Below, in pieces: positions 38,964 through 47,989 of a stretch of DNA of 64,000 bases. Each line of letters opens with the position of its first letter. Within the stretch, counting starts at the first letter, position 1. The translations under genes and the position numbers were made by a program. Source of the DNA: Candidatus Uhrbacteria bacterium (lineage in GTDB: Bacteria > Patescibacteriota > Patescibacteriia > JACQRZ01); assembly GCA_016188385.1 (NCBI GenBank), contig JACPHV010000032.1, forward strand, positions 5,174 through 69,173. The letters run 5' to 3'. Under the pieces are notes generated by a model that saw only the letters and a list, made by a program, of their open reading frames with translations, made no database searches and was not told the DNA's origin.

Positions 38964-39491
38964 ATGTCTCTTCTCTCAATAAACGTATCAGTGCCAACAC
39001 CTGACATAAACATCACTAATCCCACATGGGATACGTTTATTATCCTCGCGTTTATCGGCGCGTCCCTTATGTACGCGTTTTTTGTGAGCAGGGAACGTCT
39101 CGCTATCGTTTTATTGAGCGTGTATTCAGCGCTCGCGGTCGTACTGACCACTCCACTCATCGTCAACGCGCTGTCCATCATGGGCACAGATGATTTTTTC
39201 AAATATCGACTCGCCGCTTTTTTGGGAATGTTTCTCCTTCTCTTCGTGCTTTATTCTCATAATTTGTCGCTCAAAGCCGACGTAGGCCATGTGTGGTGGC
39301 AAGCGATTCTGTTAAGCATACTGCAAGTCGGATTATTAATGAGCAGCATGCTCTATTTCATACCGCATCAATATTATACGAGCCCCATTGCGGATATTTT
39401 TTTTACGAGCGACGTGTCTCGTTCCGTATGGATTTTAGCGCCGATCGCCGCTATGGTCCTGATGCATCCGCGTAAAGCTCAAGTATCGTAA
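38964..39491 (+). CDS. Hypothetical 4-TM membrane protein (175 aa)
   Basis: Four hydrophobic helices. First gene of a tightly spaced four-gene operon. Confidence 0.5.
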   Translation: MSLLSINVSVPTPDINITNPTWDTFIILAFIGASLMYAFFVSRERLAIVLLSVYSALAVVLTTPLIVNALSIMGTDDFFKYRLAAFLGMFLLLFVLYSHNLSLKADVGHVWWQAILLSILQVGLLMSSMLYFIPHQYYTSPIADIFFTSDVSRSVWILAPIAAMVLMHPRKAQVS

Positions 39492-39502
39492 GATATATCA
39501 GT

Positions 39503-39997
39503 ATGCCCGATGGCAAGACAAAACGACCAGGACGAGAAATTCCCTTAAGTGAGGAACGGGAAAAGGCGACAGAAGGAAAAGAGGCGCATGGCGCCCCCGA
39601 GCGTGCCATCCGGCATCGGGAACAGAAAAAAGAGCAGAAGCCGCAGCTATCACGCATCCTGCAAGGTCGGAAGAAAAAGGCGATTCCTCCGCCCGGCGCC
39701 AAATCAAAGTTGTTGGCTGACATTGAAGATGTGCTTGCTGACGGGCTTGACGCGTATTATCAATCGTTGACGCCAGGTCAGCGCAAGGCTTTCAAGTCCG
39801 AAGGCGAACGCGCGGCATCCGCCATCGAGACGTTATTAAAAAAGGCGCAGGTCAAAGTCGTTGAAATTGTGCGAGTGATAAAGCGTTGGCTTTCTCTGAT
39901 TCCGGGCATCAACCAATTTTTCATAGAGCAAGAATCAAAGATCAAAGCGGATAAAATGATGCTGATGCACGAACAGCAAAAAAAAGAAGAGGAGTGA
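39503..39997 (+). CDS. Hypothetical protein with a basic, disordered N-terminus (164 aa)
   Basis: K/R/E-rich N-terminal 70 aa followed by a helical C-terminal half. Separated from the upstream gene by 11 nt. Confidence 0.45.
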   Translation: MPDGKTKRPGREIPLSEEREKATEGKEAHGAPERAIRHREQKKEQKPQLSRILQGRKKKAIPPPGAKSKLLADIEDVLADGLDAYYQSLTPGQRKAFKSEGERAASAIETLLKKAQVKVVEIVRVIKRWLSLIPGINQFFIEQESKIKADKMMLMHEQQKKEEE

Positions 39998-40019
39998 TTG
40001 CGGTCTCATAACCCACCCC

Positions 40020-42578
40020 ATGCCATTTTTTGAAGAACTCAACGAGGTCAATGCCATCATTGCGATCAGTGTCGCTCTTTTGTTTTGGAGTTTGCTCGGA
40101 TGGGGGGTCATTTCATTGTTCCGTTTTATCTTGCATAGGATTTTTGCGATCCCGATCGCGATGAGAAAGAAAGTTCTCCAAGTGCTTGTGCCGAAAGAAC
40201 CGGCAAAGAAGGAGGAAGAAGATAAATCATCAAAAAAAGATTATAAAGAGCTGATCGCAGTCGCGGAGAGTTTTTATGCGGCGCTGGGACATATCAGTTC
40301 ACGGTGGAAGCCGACAGCGTATTTTATTGGAAGGGAAGATCAAATCTCGCTTGAAATTGTCTCAAGCGGGGGAATCATCAAATTTTTTATCGTTGTTCCC
40401 GACTACTTGCAGCGTTATGTGGAAGAACAGTTTCACGCGCAGTATCCTTCAGCGCAGATTCTTGAAGTGACTGACTATAATATCTTCCGCGCGCAAGGGT
40501 ATATTCTCGCCGCGCCCGTCGTAATGACGAAGGATAGTTTTTTTCAGTTGCGAACGTATAAAAAGATGGATTCAGATCCGCTCAATTCCATCACCAACGC
40601 ATTAAGCAAGGTGGACAAATCACAAGGAGCGGCCATCCAGATCATGATTCGGACGGCAAAAAAGAAGTGGGCGCATAAAGGACCGAGTATCGCTCGAAAA
40701 ATGCAAAAGGGAAAGAGTCTTGGAGAAGCAATGAGCGGAAATCTGGCAGAGCGATTCATCAAGGGGTTTAATTCCGTGATGGGGTATGCGCTCGAACAGA
40801 TTCTTACCGGCGGCAAATCAAAGGATGCGCCGATCCCTAAAGACGATCAAAATATCATGCCGCGGCATACTCCGATGGAGCAGGAGTTGATTAAGTCATT
40901 GGAAGAGAAAGCGTCGAAAGTCGCTTTTGAGGCAAACGTGCGTGTTGTCACCTCCGCGGACACCGAAAAGATTTCCAAGATGCATCTGATCAACATCACC
41001 AACGCATTTGCGCAATATCTTGGCCCGGAATCCGGCATACAGCTCAAGAAACAAAAACGTCATCAGTTTTTCCGCAAGCCGCTCATTCGAAGCTTTATTT
41101 TCCGCAGATTTGATTATCGGAGGAAACTCATCCTTAACACCGAGGAGCTCGCGAGCTTGTTCCATCCTCCATTGAGTATCACCGAGACTCCGAATATCGA
41201 ATGGCTCAAGGCCCGCGTTGCCCCTCCGCCGTCTAATCTGCCGCAAGAAGGCATAGTCCTTGGCGAGAGCGATTACCGCGGACGCAAGCAATTGATCCAT
41301 ATGTTGCCGGAAGATCGCCGTCGTCATATGTATGTCATCGGTATGACCGGAACGGGGAAAACCACAATTATGACAAACATGATGGTGCAAGACGTAATCA
41401 ATGGAAACGGATGCGCGTTTATCGATCCGCACGGCGATGCCATTCAAGCGATCCTTGAGAACGTGCCGCCGGAGCGGGCTGATGACGTCATTCTGTTTGA
41501 GCCGGCCGATATGGAGCGACCCATCGGGCTTAATATGCTCGAGGCATCCGAAGCGCAAAAAGATTTTGCCGTGCAGGAGATGATCTCGATTTTTTATAAG
41601 TTATTCCCTCCGGAGATGATCGGACCGATGTTTGAGCACAACATGCGCAATGTCATGCTTACGCTCATGTCGGACGAGGATAATCCCGGCACCTTAGCGG
41701 AAATTCCTCGAATGTTTTCCGACAACGACTTTGCGCAAGAGTGGGTTGATAAACTCAAGGATCCGGTTGTGCGCGCGTTTTGGGAAAAAGAGATGGCGAA
41801 GACATCTGATTTTCACAAGTCAGAAATGCTTGGGTATTTGATTTCAAAGGTAGGTCGTTTTGTAGAGAACACCATGATGCGCAATATCATCGGACAGACA
41901 CATTCCGGTTTTGATTTCCGCGAGGTGATGGATCAGAAAAAGATTCTCCTGGTAAATCTTTCAAAAGGCCAGGTAGGGGAAGTGAACAGCAATCTGCTCG
42001 GTTTGATCGTCGTATCAAAGCTGCAGATGGCCGCGATGACGCGCGTGGATATCCCTGAAGAGCAGCGCCATGATTTTTTTCTCTATATCGATGAGTTTCA
42101 AAATTTTATTACCGACAGCATCGCAACCATATTGGCGGAAGCTCGCAAATACCGGCTTAATTTAATAATCGGGCATCAGTATATCGGCCAGCTCGTTCCG
42201 AAACAGGGAGATACGAAAGTGAGAGATGCCATATTCGGGAATGTTGGCAGCGTTGTCAATTATCGTGTTGGCGTAGACGACGCGGAAACAATGGCAAAGC
42301 AAATGGCGCCCGTATTTAATGAATTCGATGTAATGAATATCGAACGTTATACCGCCTATATCAGGCTCATGGTGCATCAAGCGGCCGCGCGCCCCTTTAA
42401 CATGAGAGTTTTTCCGCCGCCAAAGGGCGATAAGAAAGTCGCTGATGCGATCCGCCAATTGTCTCGACTGAAACATGGCCGAGACAGAGAAATCGTTGAG
42501 GCTGAAATCCTCGATAGATCTCAACTCGGCTCCGCTCTGTTGGATGAATTTTCTGACAGCGTTGAGCGGAGCTTGTAG
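40020..42578 (+). CDS. VirD4/TraG/TraD-type coupling-protein-like (HerA/FtsK superfamily) ATPase with N-terminal TM anchor
   Basis: N-terminal TM helix. The ~400-aa N-terminal region is unassigned. Walker A GMTGTGKTT is followed ~20 aa later by FIDPHGD (the T4CP-like DPKGE motif). Walker B FFLYIDEFQNF and ARKYRLNLIIGHQ are present. Confidence 0.7.
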   Translation: MPFFEELNEVNAIIAISVALLFWSLLGWGVISLFRFILHRIFAIPIAMRKKVLQVLVPKEPAKKEEEDKSSKKDYKELIAVAESFYAALGHISSRWKPTAYFIGREDQISLEIVSSGGIIKFFIVVPDYLQRYVEEQFHAQYPSAQILEVTDYNIFRAQGYILAAPVVMTKDSFFQLRTYKKMDSDPLNSITNALSKVDKSQGAAIQIMIRTAKKKWAHKGPSIARKMQKGKSLGEAMSGNLAERFIKGFNSVMGYALEQILTGGKSKDAPIPKDDQNIMPRHTPMEQELIKSLEEKASKVAFEANVRVVTSADTEKISKMHLINITNAFAQYLGPESGIQLKKQKRHQFFRKPLIRSFIFRRFDYRRKLILNTEELASLFHPPLSITETPNIEWLKARVAPPPSNLPQEGIVLGESDYRGRKQLIHMLPEDRRRHMYVIGMTGTGKTTIMTNMMVQDVINGNGCAFIDPHGDAIQAILENVPPERADDVILFEPADMERPIGLNMLEASEAQKDFAVQEMISIFYKLFPPEMIGPMFEHNMRNVMLTLMSDEDNPGTLAEIPRMFSDNDFAQEWVDKLKDPVVRAFWEKEMAKTSDFHKSEMLGYLISKVGRFVENTMMRNIIGQTHSGFDFREVMDQKKILLVNLSKGQVGEVNSNLLGLIVVSKLQMAAMTRVDIPEEQRHDFFLYIDEFQNFITDSIATILAEARKYRLNLIIGHQYIGQLVPKQGDTKVRDAIFGNVGSVVNYRVGVDDAETMAKQMAPVFNEFDVMNIERYTAYIRLMVHQAAARPFNMRVFPPPKGDKKVADAIRQLSRLKHGRDREIVEAEILDRSQLGSALLDEFSDSVERSL

Positions 42579-42656
42579 AGCAAATGGAAACGCGCGTAGG
42601 TTGACAATTTTTAGCGCTTCGGTAGGGTGGGAAAGAAAGAAAAATAAAAATCAAAT

Positions 42657-43505
42657 ATGGCATACCCTACGTTTTCTTATGATGAAGACACCACGAATGA
42701 CCCGGAGCTTTCGTTTGATGAGATCTTGGGCCAAGAGATGGCGCTTCCGGATGAATATTCCGCGGAAGATATTACTGTTGAGTCGGAGCCGGAAAGCGAA
42801 TTCCCGATCACTGACGAACCCCTATTATATGGCTCGCAATTATCAGCGACGGATGAAAACACGACAGCGGAGACGCATTCTGATCTCGTCTCCGAGAACA
42901 TCACCGGCCAAGACGCAGAGCAGATGAGCAGATCACGCCTTCTGTTGCTCAAGAAGGAGTTAGGCGAGATACGCGAAAGGATCGACCGCGCGCTTGAGCT
43001 TGTTGAAGCGCAGATACCGGTGAAGGCCGGGAAGGATGAAGATGATCAGGACGAATTCATACGAAAGATAGATTCACTGCTTGCACGTCAGGAAAAGAAA
43101 GGCGACAGCGCCGCCGCACCCGAAGAAAGCCGGATTATTGAAGGCGTGTTTGATGGCCAGCATATGATCGGTTCGGACGGCAGTCAGTATGCAGTGCCCC
43201 AAAATTACGCGTCAAAGTCAAAGCTTGTGGAAGGTGATGCTCTCAAACTCACCATCACTGAATCAGGTTCTTTTCTTTATAAGCAGATTGGTCCGATAGA
43301 GAGAGTCCGTCTTGTCGGCACGCTTGAGGCAGATGTTCATCATGAATCATATTCAGTCAAATTCGAGGATCGTTCATGGCGTATTCTTGCCGCATGCGCA
43401 ACATTCTTTCGAGGCGCGCAGGGCGATGAAGTAGTATTCCTTGTGCCAAAAGATCGAGCCAGCACATGGGCGGCTGTGGAGAATATCATTAAGAGGGTAT
43501 CGTAA
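42657..43505 (+). CDS. Hypothetical protein: acidic disordered N-terminus, coiled coil, C-terminal beta-rich (possibly OB-like) domain
   Basis: D/E-rich first ~90 aa. Coiled coil LLLLKKELGEIRERIDRALELVEAQ. The C-terminal ~110 aa is beta-rich (VEGDALKLTITESGSFLY...YSVKFEDRSWRIL...GDEVVFLVP). Confidence 0.45.
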   Translation: MAYPTFSYDEDTTNDPELSFDEILGQEMALPDEYSAEDITVESEPESEFPITDEPLLYGSQLSATDENTTAETHSDLVSENITGQDAEQMSRSRLLLLKKELGEIRERIDRALELVEAQIPVKAGKDEDDQDEFIRKIDSLLARQEKKGDSAAAPEESRIIEGVFDGQHMIGSDGSQYAVPQNYASKSKLVEGDALKLTITESGSFLYKQIGPIERVRLVGTLEADVHHESYSVKFEDRSWRILAACATFFRGAQGDEVVFLVPKDRASTWAAVENIIKRVS

Positions 43506-43676
43506 AGACTTTGCGCAATAACAGTATGTATTTCTTCCGGCTCCTTTCTGCCCAATTTCCCCCAGAAATTGCGCTGAACTCCTCAAAATATCTCGATATT
43601 CTTACTCATTCATCATCAATTTCTGGACGAAATTTGATCAGAAATGACCAGGAAGCTATTTTGCAAAAGGTCTTAT
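43505..43676. repeat. MITE-like element, full-length diverged copy (forward orientation)
   Basis: GTATTTCTTCCGGCTCCTTTCTGCCCAATTTCC...AGAAATGACCAGGAAGCTATTTTGCAAAAGGTCTTAT. The right end overlaps the dnaX ATG and the left end abuts the stop of ORF 42657..43505. Confidence 0.7.
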
Positions 43677-44760
43677 GAGTTTATATCGCAAGTATCGGCC
43701 CCTTACATTTGCGGCTATCGCGGGTCAAGGACATATCAAGCGTACGCTTGAAAATGAAATTATCCGAGACGAATTAGCGCATGCTTATATCTTTTCCGGT
43801 CCCCGCGCGGTTGGCAAGACGTCAACGGCGCGAGTCTTTGCGCGCGCGCTCAATTGCTCCACGCGCGTTGCCGAGCAGAGCGAACCATGCAACAGCTGTG
43901 ACCGGTGTACGGCAATTTTACAGAACCGTACACTTGATATCATCGAGATTGATGCCGCGTCTCATACGGGAGTTGATAATGTGCGCGAAAACATCATTGC
44001 CGCGGCGCGCGTGGCAAAGACAATGCTTCCTTACAAGGTCTTTATCATTGATGAAGTGCATATGCTCTCAACAAGCGCTTTTAACGCGCTCTTGAAATTG
44101 CTTGAAGAGCCTCCTTCATCTGTTATTTTTATTCTTGCCACCACCGAGATTCAAAAAGTGCCGGCCACGATCATATCGCGATGCCAGCGTTTTGATTTTA
44201 TGCGAATTACCCCCGCGGACATGAAAGCGCGACTGATGATGATCGTGAAACAAGAGGAAAAAACCCTTGATGAATCCGTGTATGATGATATTATTCGATT
44301 ATCAGACGGGTGCCAAAGAGATGCGGAAAGTTTGCTTGGACAGATTCTCGCGTTGCACGACACGAAGATTGATGCCCAGCTCGCGTCACTGGTGTTGCCA
44401 CATTCAAACCGCCAGCTCATTGCGAAACTTTTGGATGCGATCGCTGCTCGAAAAACTGATGAAGCAATCTCGCTCATAGATGCTATGATTGCGGATGGAG
44501 TGGACATTGAAACAGTTGTCAACGATACTATCGAAGACTTACGATCCTTGCTGCGTATTCAGAGCGGAGCAGGTGATACGGTACAGGAAGCAAAAAGCGT
44601 GCGAGAATCCCTTGAGGAATTAAGTAAAAAACTTTCTTCTTTGGAAGTACTCATGATCGCTGATTACTTTGCGCAGTGTTTGCAGGATATTCGTTTGTTC
44701 GCGCATATTCAGCTTCCGTTTGAAATCGCTGTGGTAAAATCATGCCTTCGAGCACAATGA
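43675..44760 (+). CDS. dnaX: DNA polymerase III gamma/tau-family subunit (short form)
   Basis: [21 protein letters not shown]...[23 protein letters not shown], a zinc module (CNSCDRC) and a DEVHML Walker B. Confidence 0.88.
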   Translation: MSLYRKYRPLTFAAIAGQGHIKRTLENEIIRDELAHAYIFSGPRAVGKTSTARVFARALNCSTRVAEQSEPCNSCDRCTAILQNRTLDIIEIDAASHTGVDNVRENIIAAARVAKTMLPYKVFIIDEVHMLSTSAFNALLKLLEEPPSSVIFILATTEIQKVPATIISRCQRFDFMRITPADMKARLMMIVKQEEKTLDESVYDDIIRLSDGCQRDAESLLGQILALHDTKIDAQLASLVLPHSNRQLIAKLLDAIAARKTDEAISLIDAMIADGVDIETVVNDTIEDLRSLLRIQSGAGDTVQEAKSVRESLEELSKKLSSLEVLMIADYFAQCLQDIRLFAHIQLPFEIAVVKSCLRAQ

Positions 44761-44834
44761 TGCGGGATCGTCTAACGGCAGGACCCGTGACTCTGAATCA
44801 CGTTATCCAGGTTCGAATCCTGGTCCCGCAGCCA
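44761..44834 (+). tRNA. tRNA-Gln (anticodon CUG), CCA encoded; U1:A72 first pair
   Basis: Acceptor TGCGGGA/TCCCGCA; anticodon stem CGTGA/TCACG with loop CTCTGAA; T-arm CCAGGTTCGAATCCTGG; discriminator G + CCA. Starts 1 nt after the dnaX TGA stop. Confidence 0.8.
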
Positions 44835-44946
44835 ACAAGGATAAAATTGAAAGGTTGCCTCGCGGCTTCGCCGCTCGGCATTGAATTCAGCGAGGATATG
44901 CCATGTTAATTTTTCAGTTTTACTCAATCTTTCCGAAAAAATTGAT

Positions 44947-45537
44947 ATGAGCATACTATGTATCCGCCACGGCAAGACGACTGGTGATATCGAAGATCGA
45001 TATGGTGGTGAATACGATGATCATCTGACGCCTGAAGGATTCAAGCAAGCAGAAAAACTCGCGGATGAGCTGAAAGATAAACATATTGAAACGCTCATAA
45101 CGAGCCCAATGCTACGTACCTGTGAGACAGCCGGAGTATTGCGCGAGAAGAACGGTACAGAAATCACATTTGAGCCGTGCTTCAAGGAGCGAAATCAGTA
45201 TGGAATCTTAACAGGGAAAATAAAGAGCGAAGCAAAAGCAGAATACCCTGATCTCGTTGAAAAGTTGAATAACAGACTCAACACGATTGAGGGGGCGGAA
45301 TCCTATGAAGATTTTCGGGACAGAGTTCAACAAGCCTTTTATCGCGTTGTAGAGACTTATCCATCCAGCTGCGTCGCCATTCTTTGGCACGGAGGCCCAA
45401 TGCGAGTGCTATTTCGCGATATCCTTAAGAAAGGAGAGTTGGATAAAGTGATCGGTGATTGCGCTTGGGTTGAGATCGAAAAAGAAAGGGACGAATTTGT
45501 GATAATGGACTCGCGAAGAATTAAGTTTCTTTTCTGA
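44947..45537 (+). CDS. Histidine phosphatase (phosphoglycerate mutase-like) family protein
   Basis: N-terminal LCIRHGKT (RHG catalytic motif). Start placed at the internal ATG at 44947. Confidence 0.7.
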   Translation: MSILCIRHGKTTGDIEDRYGGEYDDHLTPEGFKQAEKLADELKDKHIETLITSPMLRTCETAGVLREKNGTEITFEPCFKERNQYGILTGKIKSEAKAEYPDLVEKLNNRLNTIEGAESYEDFRDRVQQAFYRVVETYPSSCVAILWHGGPMRVLFRDILKKGELDKVIGDCAWVEIEKERDEFVIMDSRRIKFLF

Positions 45538-45652
45538 CGTGCATAACTCTTCCATATGAGCTTTGCATGAACAAGAGAAAAGACACCTGACCCATTTCTC
45601 CAGGTTGAAGGGAAGGAGAATGAACAAGAAAAAAACTTAGTAAAATATCATA

Positions 45653-46675
45653 ATGACGAATGTAATTTCAACTGGATTGGGGGATTTTAGCAAAGAAAAG
45701 TTTAACTCCCTTTTGAATGTGCGTAGCACAGCTTTGTCTGCGTTGCGAAGTGCGCTTGTGAAAGACGGGTACACGGAAGTTTCTACGTCCTCTTTGGTAA
45801 ATATCGCCGGCTCATGTGAAAATCCATACGCTTCTTTTAGGCTGAATTATTACGGACACGAAGCACACTTATCGCAAAGTGCACAGCTCCAACTTGAAGC
45901 CTTGGTTATCCGATTAAAACGCGGAGTATTTACAGTCAATAATAGTTTCCGCGAAGAAAATTATGATGACCCAGAAGCGAAAGGCAGACGCCTTTCGGAG
46001 TTTACTTTGATTGAACCTGAAAAAACATATGAGGGTTCAGCCGAAGAAGTGTTGAATCAAATTATTACTACGGAAGAAAAAACTATTAAAAGTGCAATAA
46101 GGGAAGTTTTAGAAAATTGTGAAAATGATATTACACTTCTCGGCGGGAAAGTGGATTATCTCAAATCAGTTTTGGGAGAGAATTTTGCGCGTCTCACGTA
46201 TGACGTAGCTCTAGAAATACTAAATAAGGATGGCGGTACTTACAAATTTGGAGACGACTTGAATGTAAAAGAGGAGCGCAAAATTCTTGCTCATTTTGAT
46301 AACATCCCAACTTTTGTTACGCATTATCCGGCAAAAATTAAATTCTTCAATATGAAGCGCACGCCTGATGGCAAGCGAGTTTATAGCGTTGATTTGCTCA
46401 TGCCTCGTCTCGGAGAGACGATTGGTGGCGCGGTACGCGAAGAGGATGGAGAAAAAATCAAAAAGTATTTATTGGAGTCAAAAATTGCAAATTATATTCG
46501 CGAGCAAAACGGCGATCCGCTTGAACCGTTTCGAGAGTACTTTAATTTATTTGAGCAGGAAAAACCGACTGTGCGTGGTGGCTTCGGAATAGGCTTTGAA
46601 AGATTTGTCGGTTTTCTACTCAACAGTAACGATATTCTCGAAACTATTGCGTACCGCGCCATGCAGCCGGACTAG
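45653..46675 (+). CDS. Class II aminoacyl-tRNA-synthetase catalytic core of AsnRS/AspRS type without anticodon-binding domain (AsnRS-like asparagine synthetase candidate)
   Basis: Motif 2-like FREENYDD...RRLSEFTLIEPE. Motif 3 is GGFGIGFERFVGFLL. ILAHFDNIPTFVTHYPAKIKFFNM matches the AsnRS core block. Only 340 aa, with no N-terminal OB domain. AT-rich. Confidence 0.6.
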   Translation: MTNVISTGLGDFSKEKFNSLLNVRSTALSALRSALVKDGYTEVSTSSLVNIAGSCENPYASFRLNYYGHEAHLSQSAQLQLEALVIRLKRGVFTVNNSFREENYDDPEAKGRRLSEFTLIEPEKTYEGSAEEVLNQIITTEEKTIKSAIREVLENCENDITLLGGKVDYLKSVLGENFARLTYDVALEILNKDGGTYKFGDDLNVKEERKILAHFDNIPTFVTHYPAKIKFFNMKRTPDGKRVYSVDLLMPRLGETIGGAVREEDGEKIKKYLLESKIANYIREQNGDPLEPFREYFNLFEQEKPTVRGGFGIGFERFVGFLLNSNDILETIAYRAMQPD

Positions 46676-46682
46676 ACATGAT

Positions 46683-46985
46683 ATGGAGCTGTATGATGAA
46701 AAAATTGAGAAAGAAATTTTTGATTCAAAAATACCAGTGCTCGTAGAATTTTACGCGGAATGGTGCGAACCTTGCAACGTAATGAAGTCAATGATTGAAG
46801 AGTTGAAAAAGGAGCTAGAAGGGAAAGTAAAAGTTATCGCTCTCAACATTGAAACAAATCCAAAACTAGCGGACAAGTTTATCGTGTTAAGTTTGCCGAC
46901 ATTTACAGTTTATAGGGACGGCAAACGAGAAAAAACTTTGGTTGGTATCCAGAAGAAGGAAACCTTGCTATCCCTCTTGAGCTAG
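46683..46985 (+). CDS. trxA: Thioredoxin
   Basis: Active site FYAEWCEPCNVM (a WCxPC variant of WCGPC) in a thioredoxin fold of ~100 aa. Start at ATG 46683. Confidence 0.75.
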   Translation: MELYDEKIEKEIFDSKIPVLVEFYAEWCEPCNVMKSMIEELKKELEGKVKVIALNIETNPKLADKFIVLSLPTFTVYRDGKREKTLVGIQKKETLLSLLS

Positions 46986-47180
46986 TTTTGGATTCTGCCA
47001 CCGAATTTACGACAAATTCCAGCCCGAAACCTGCCAGCATTCCTCCGCAGAGCCCCAGTATGCATAGAAGAAGTGTTCTATACCAATTATGACCCAAGTA
47101 AAATTAGTCCCAACGTGCAAAAATCTATTGCGGAATATAAAGATCGCGATGGGAGTTGGCAGTTGATAGGAAAATAAATT

Positions 47181-47711
47181 ATGTTATACGATGAGATTGG
47201 GAAAATTATAGACCCAACAATTTGTGATAGCGAACACACTCGCGCAAATTTCTTGAAAAGATTAGAAGAGGGTTCGCTCACAAGAGACGAACATCCTCAA
47301 TCGCATTATTGCGTATATTTCCTCCCATACAATCAAAGAGATAAAAAAGTTCTTATTGCCCATCACAAAAAGTCCGGCCTTTGGATTTCTCCGGGCGGCC
47401 ATATTGATAAAGGCGAGGGACTATTTGAAACTCTCAACAGAGAAATTGACGAGGAACTTGGCGTAACACATTTTTTCCAAGAGCTGCAATCTCCATTTCT
47501 GCTAACGATTACTCCGATTGAAAATAAAGTTCAGCCGTGTAAGACACATTATGATATTTGGTATCTTGTTCTCTCTGACGGCTCAAATTTCAATGTTGAT
47601 CCGAAAGAATTTCACGAAACGAGATGGCTAACAATAGCGGAGGCAGAAAAAATTGTTACTGATGGACCAAACAGAAAAGCACTGGAAACAATCAAACAAT
47701 ATGATACATAA
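47181..47711 (+). CDS. NUDIX hydrolase
   Basis: Nudix box GGHIDKGEGLFETLNREIDEELGV. Confidence 0.7.
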   Translation: MLYDEIGKIIDPTICDSEHTRANFLKRLEEGSLTRDEHPQSHYCVYFLPYNQRDKKVLIAHHKKSGLWISPGGHIDKGEGLFETLNREIDEELGVTHFFQELQSPFLLTITPIENKVQPCKTHYDIWYLVLSDGSNFNVDPKEFHETRWLTIAEAEKIVTDGPNRKALETIKQYDT

Positions 47712-47989
47712 ACGCACCTCCACAATCCATGGCTGGGATGGTTATCTTTTGATGGTTTGACCTCGTGGCTAAAAAAAGAACTTGTGTAATGTAAATGCGG
47801 TCAAAATGTACGTAAATCGGGTCAGCCATCATTTTTCCTGTAAGTATGCAATTTCATCCGCGGAAAATAGGAGTGGAAGAATTTTATAACCGTGAAAGTA
47901 AGCGAAAAAATTCATCTTTTCACGATTATTAAGATTTTTAGTGAGTCACTTGCCGCAGAAAAGATTTTTCAGTATCGTTAGGAGCGAAT

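Noticed and set aside
40896-41558. 220-aa minus-strand ORF inside the T4CP-like ATPase gene
   Set aside because: Antisense to the Walker A/B-containing ATPase ORF. It would break an 852-aa ORF with coherent motifs.
46596-46682. Extended N-terminus of the thioredoxin ORF (start at 46596) overlapping the AsnRS-like gene
   Set aside because: The overlap would be ~80 nt. An ATG at 46683 gives a canonical ~100-aa thioredoxin beginning MELYDEK, so the internal start is preferred.
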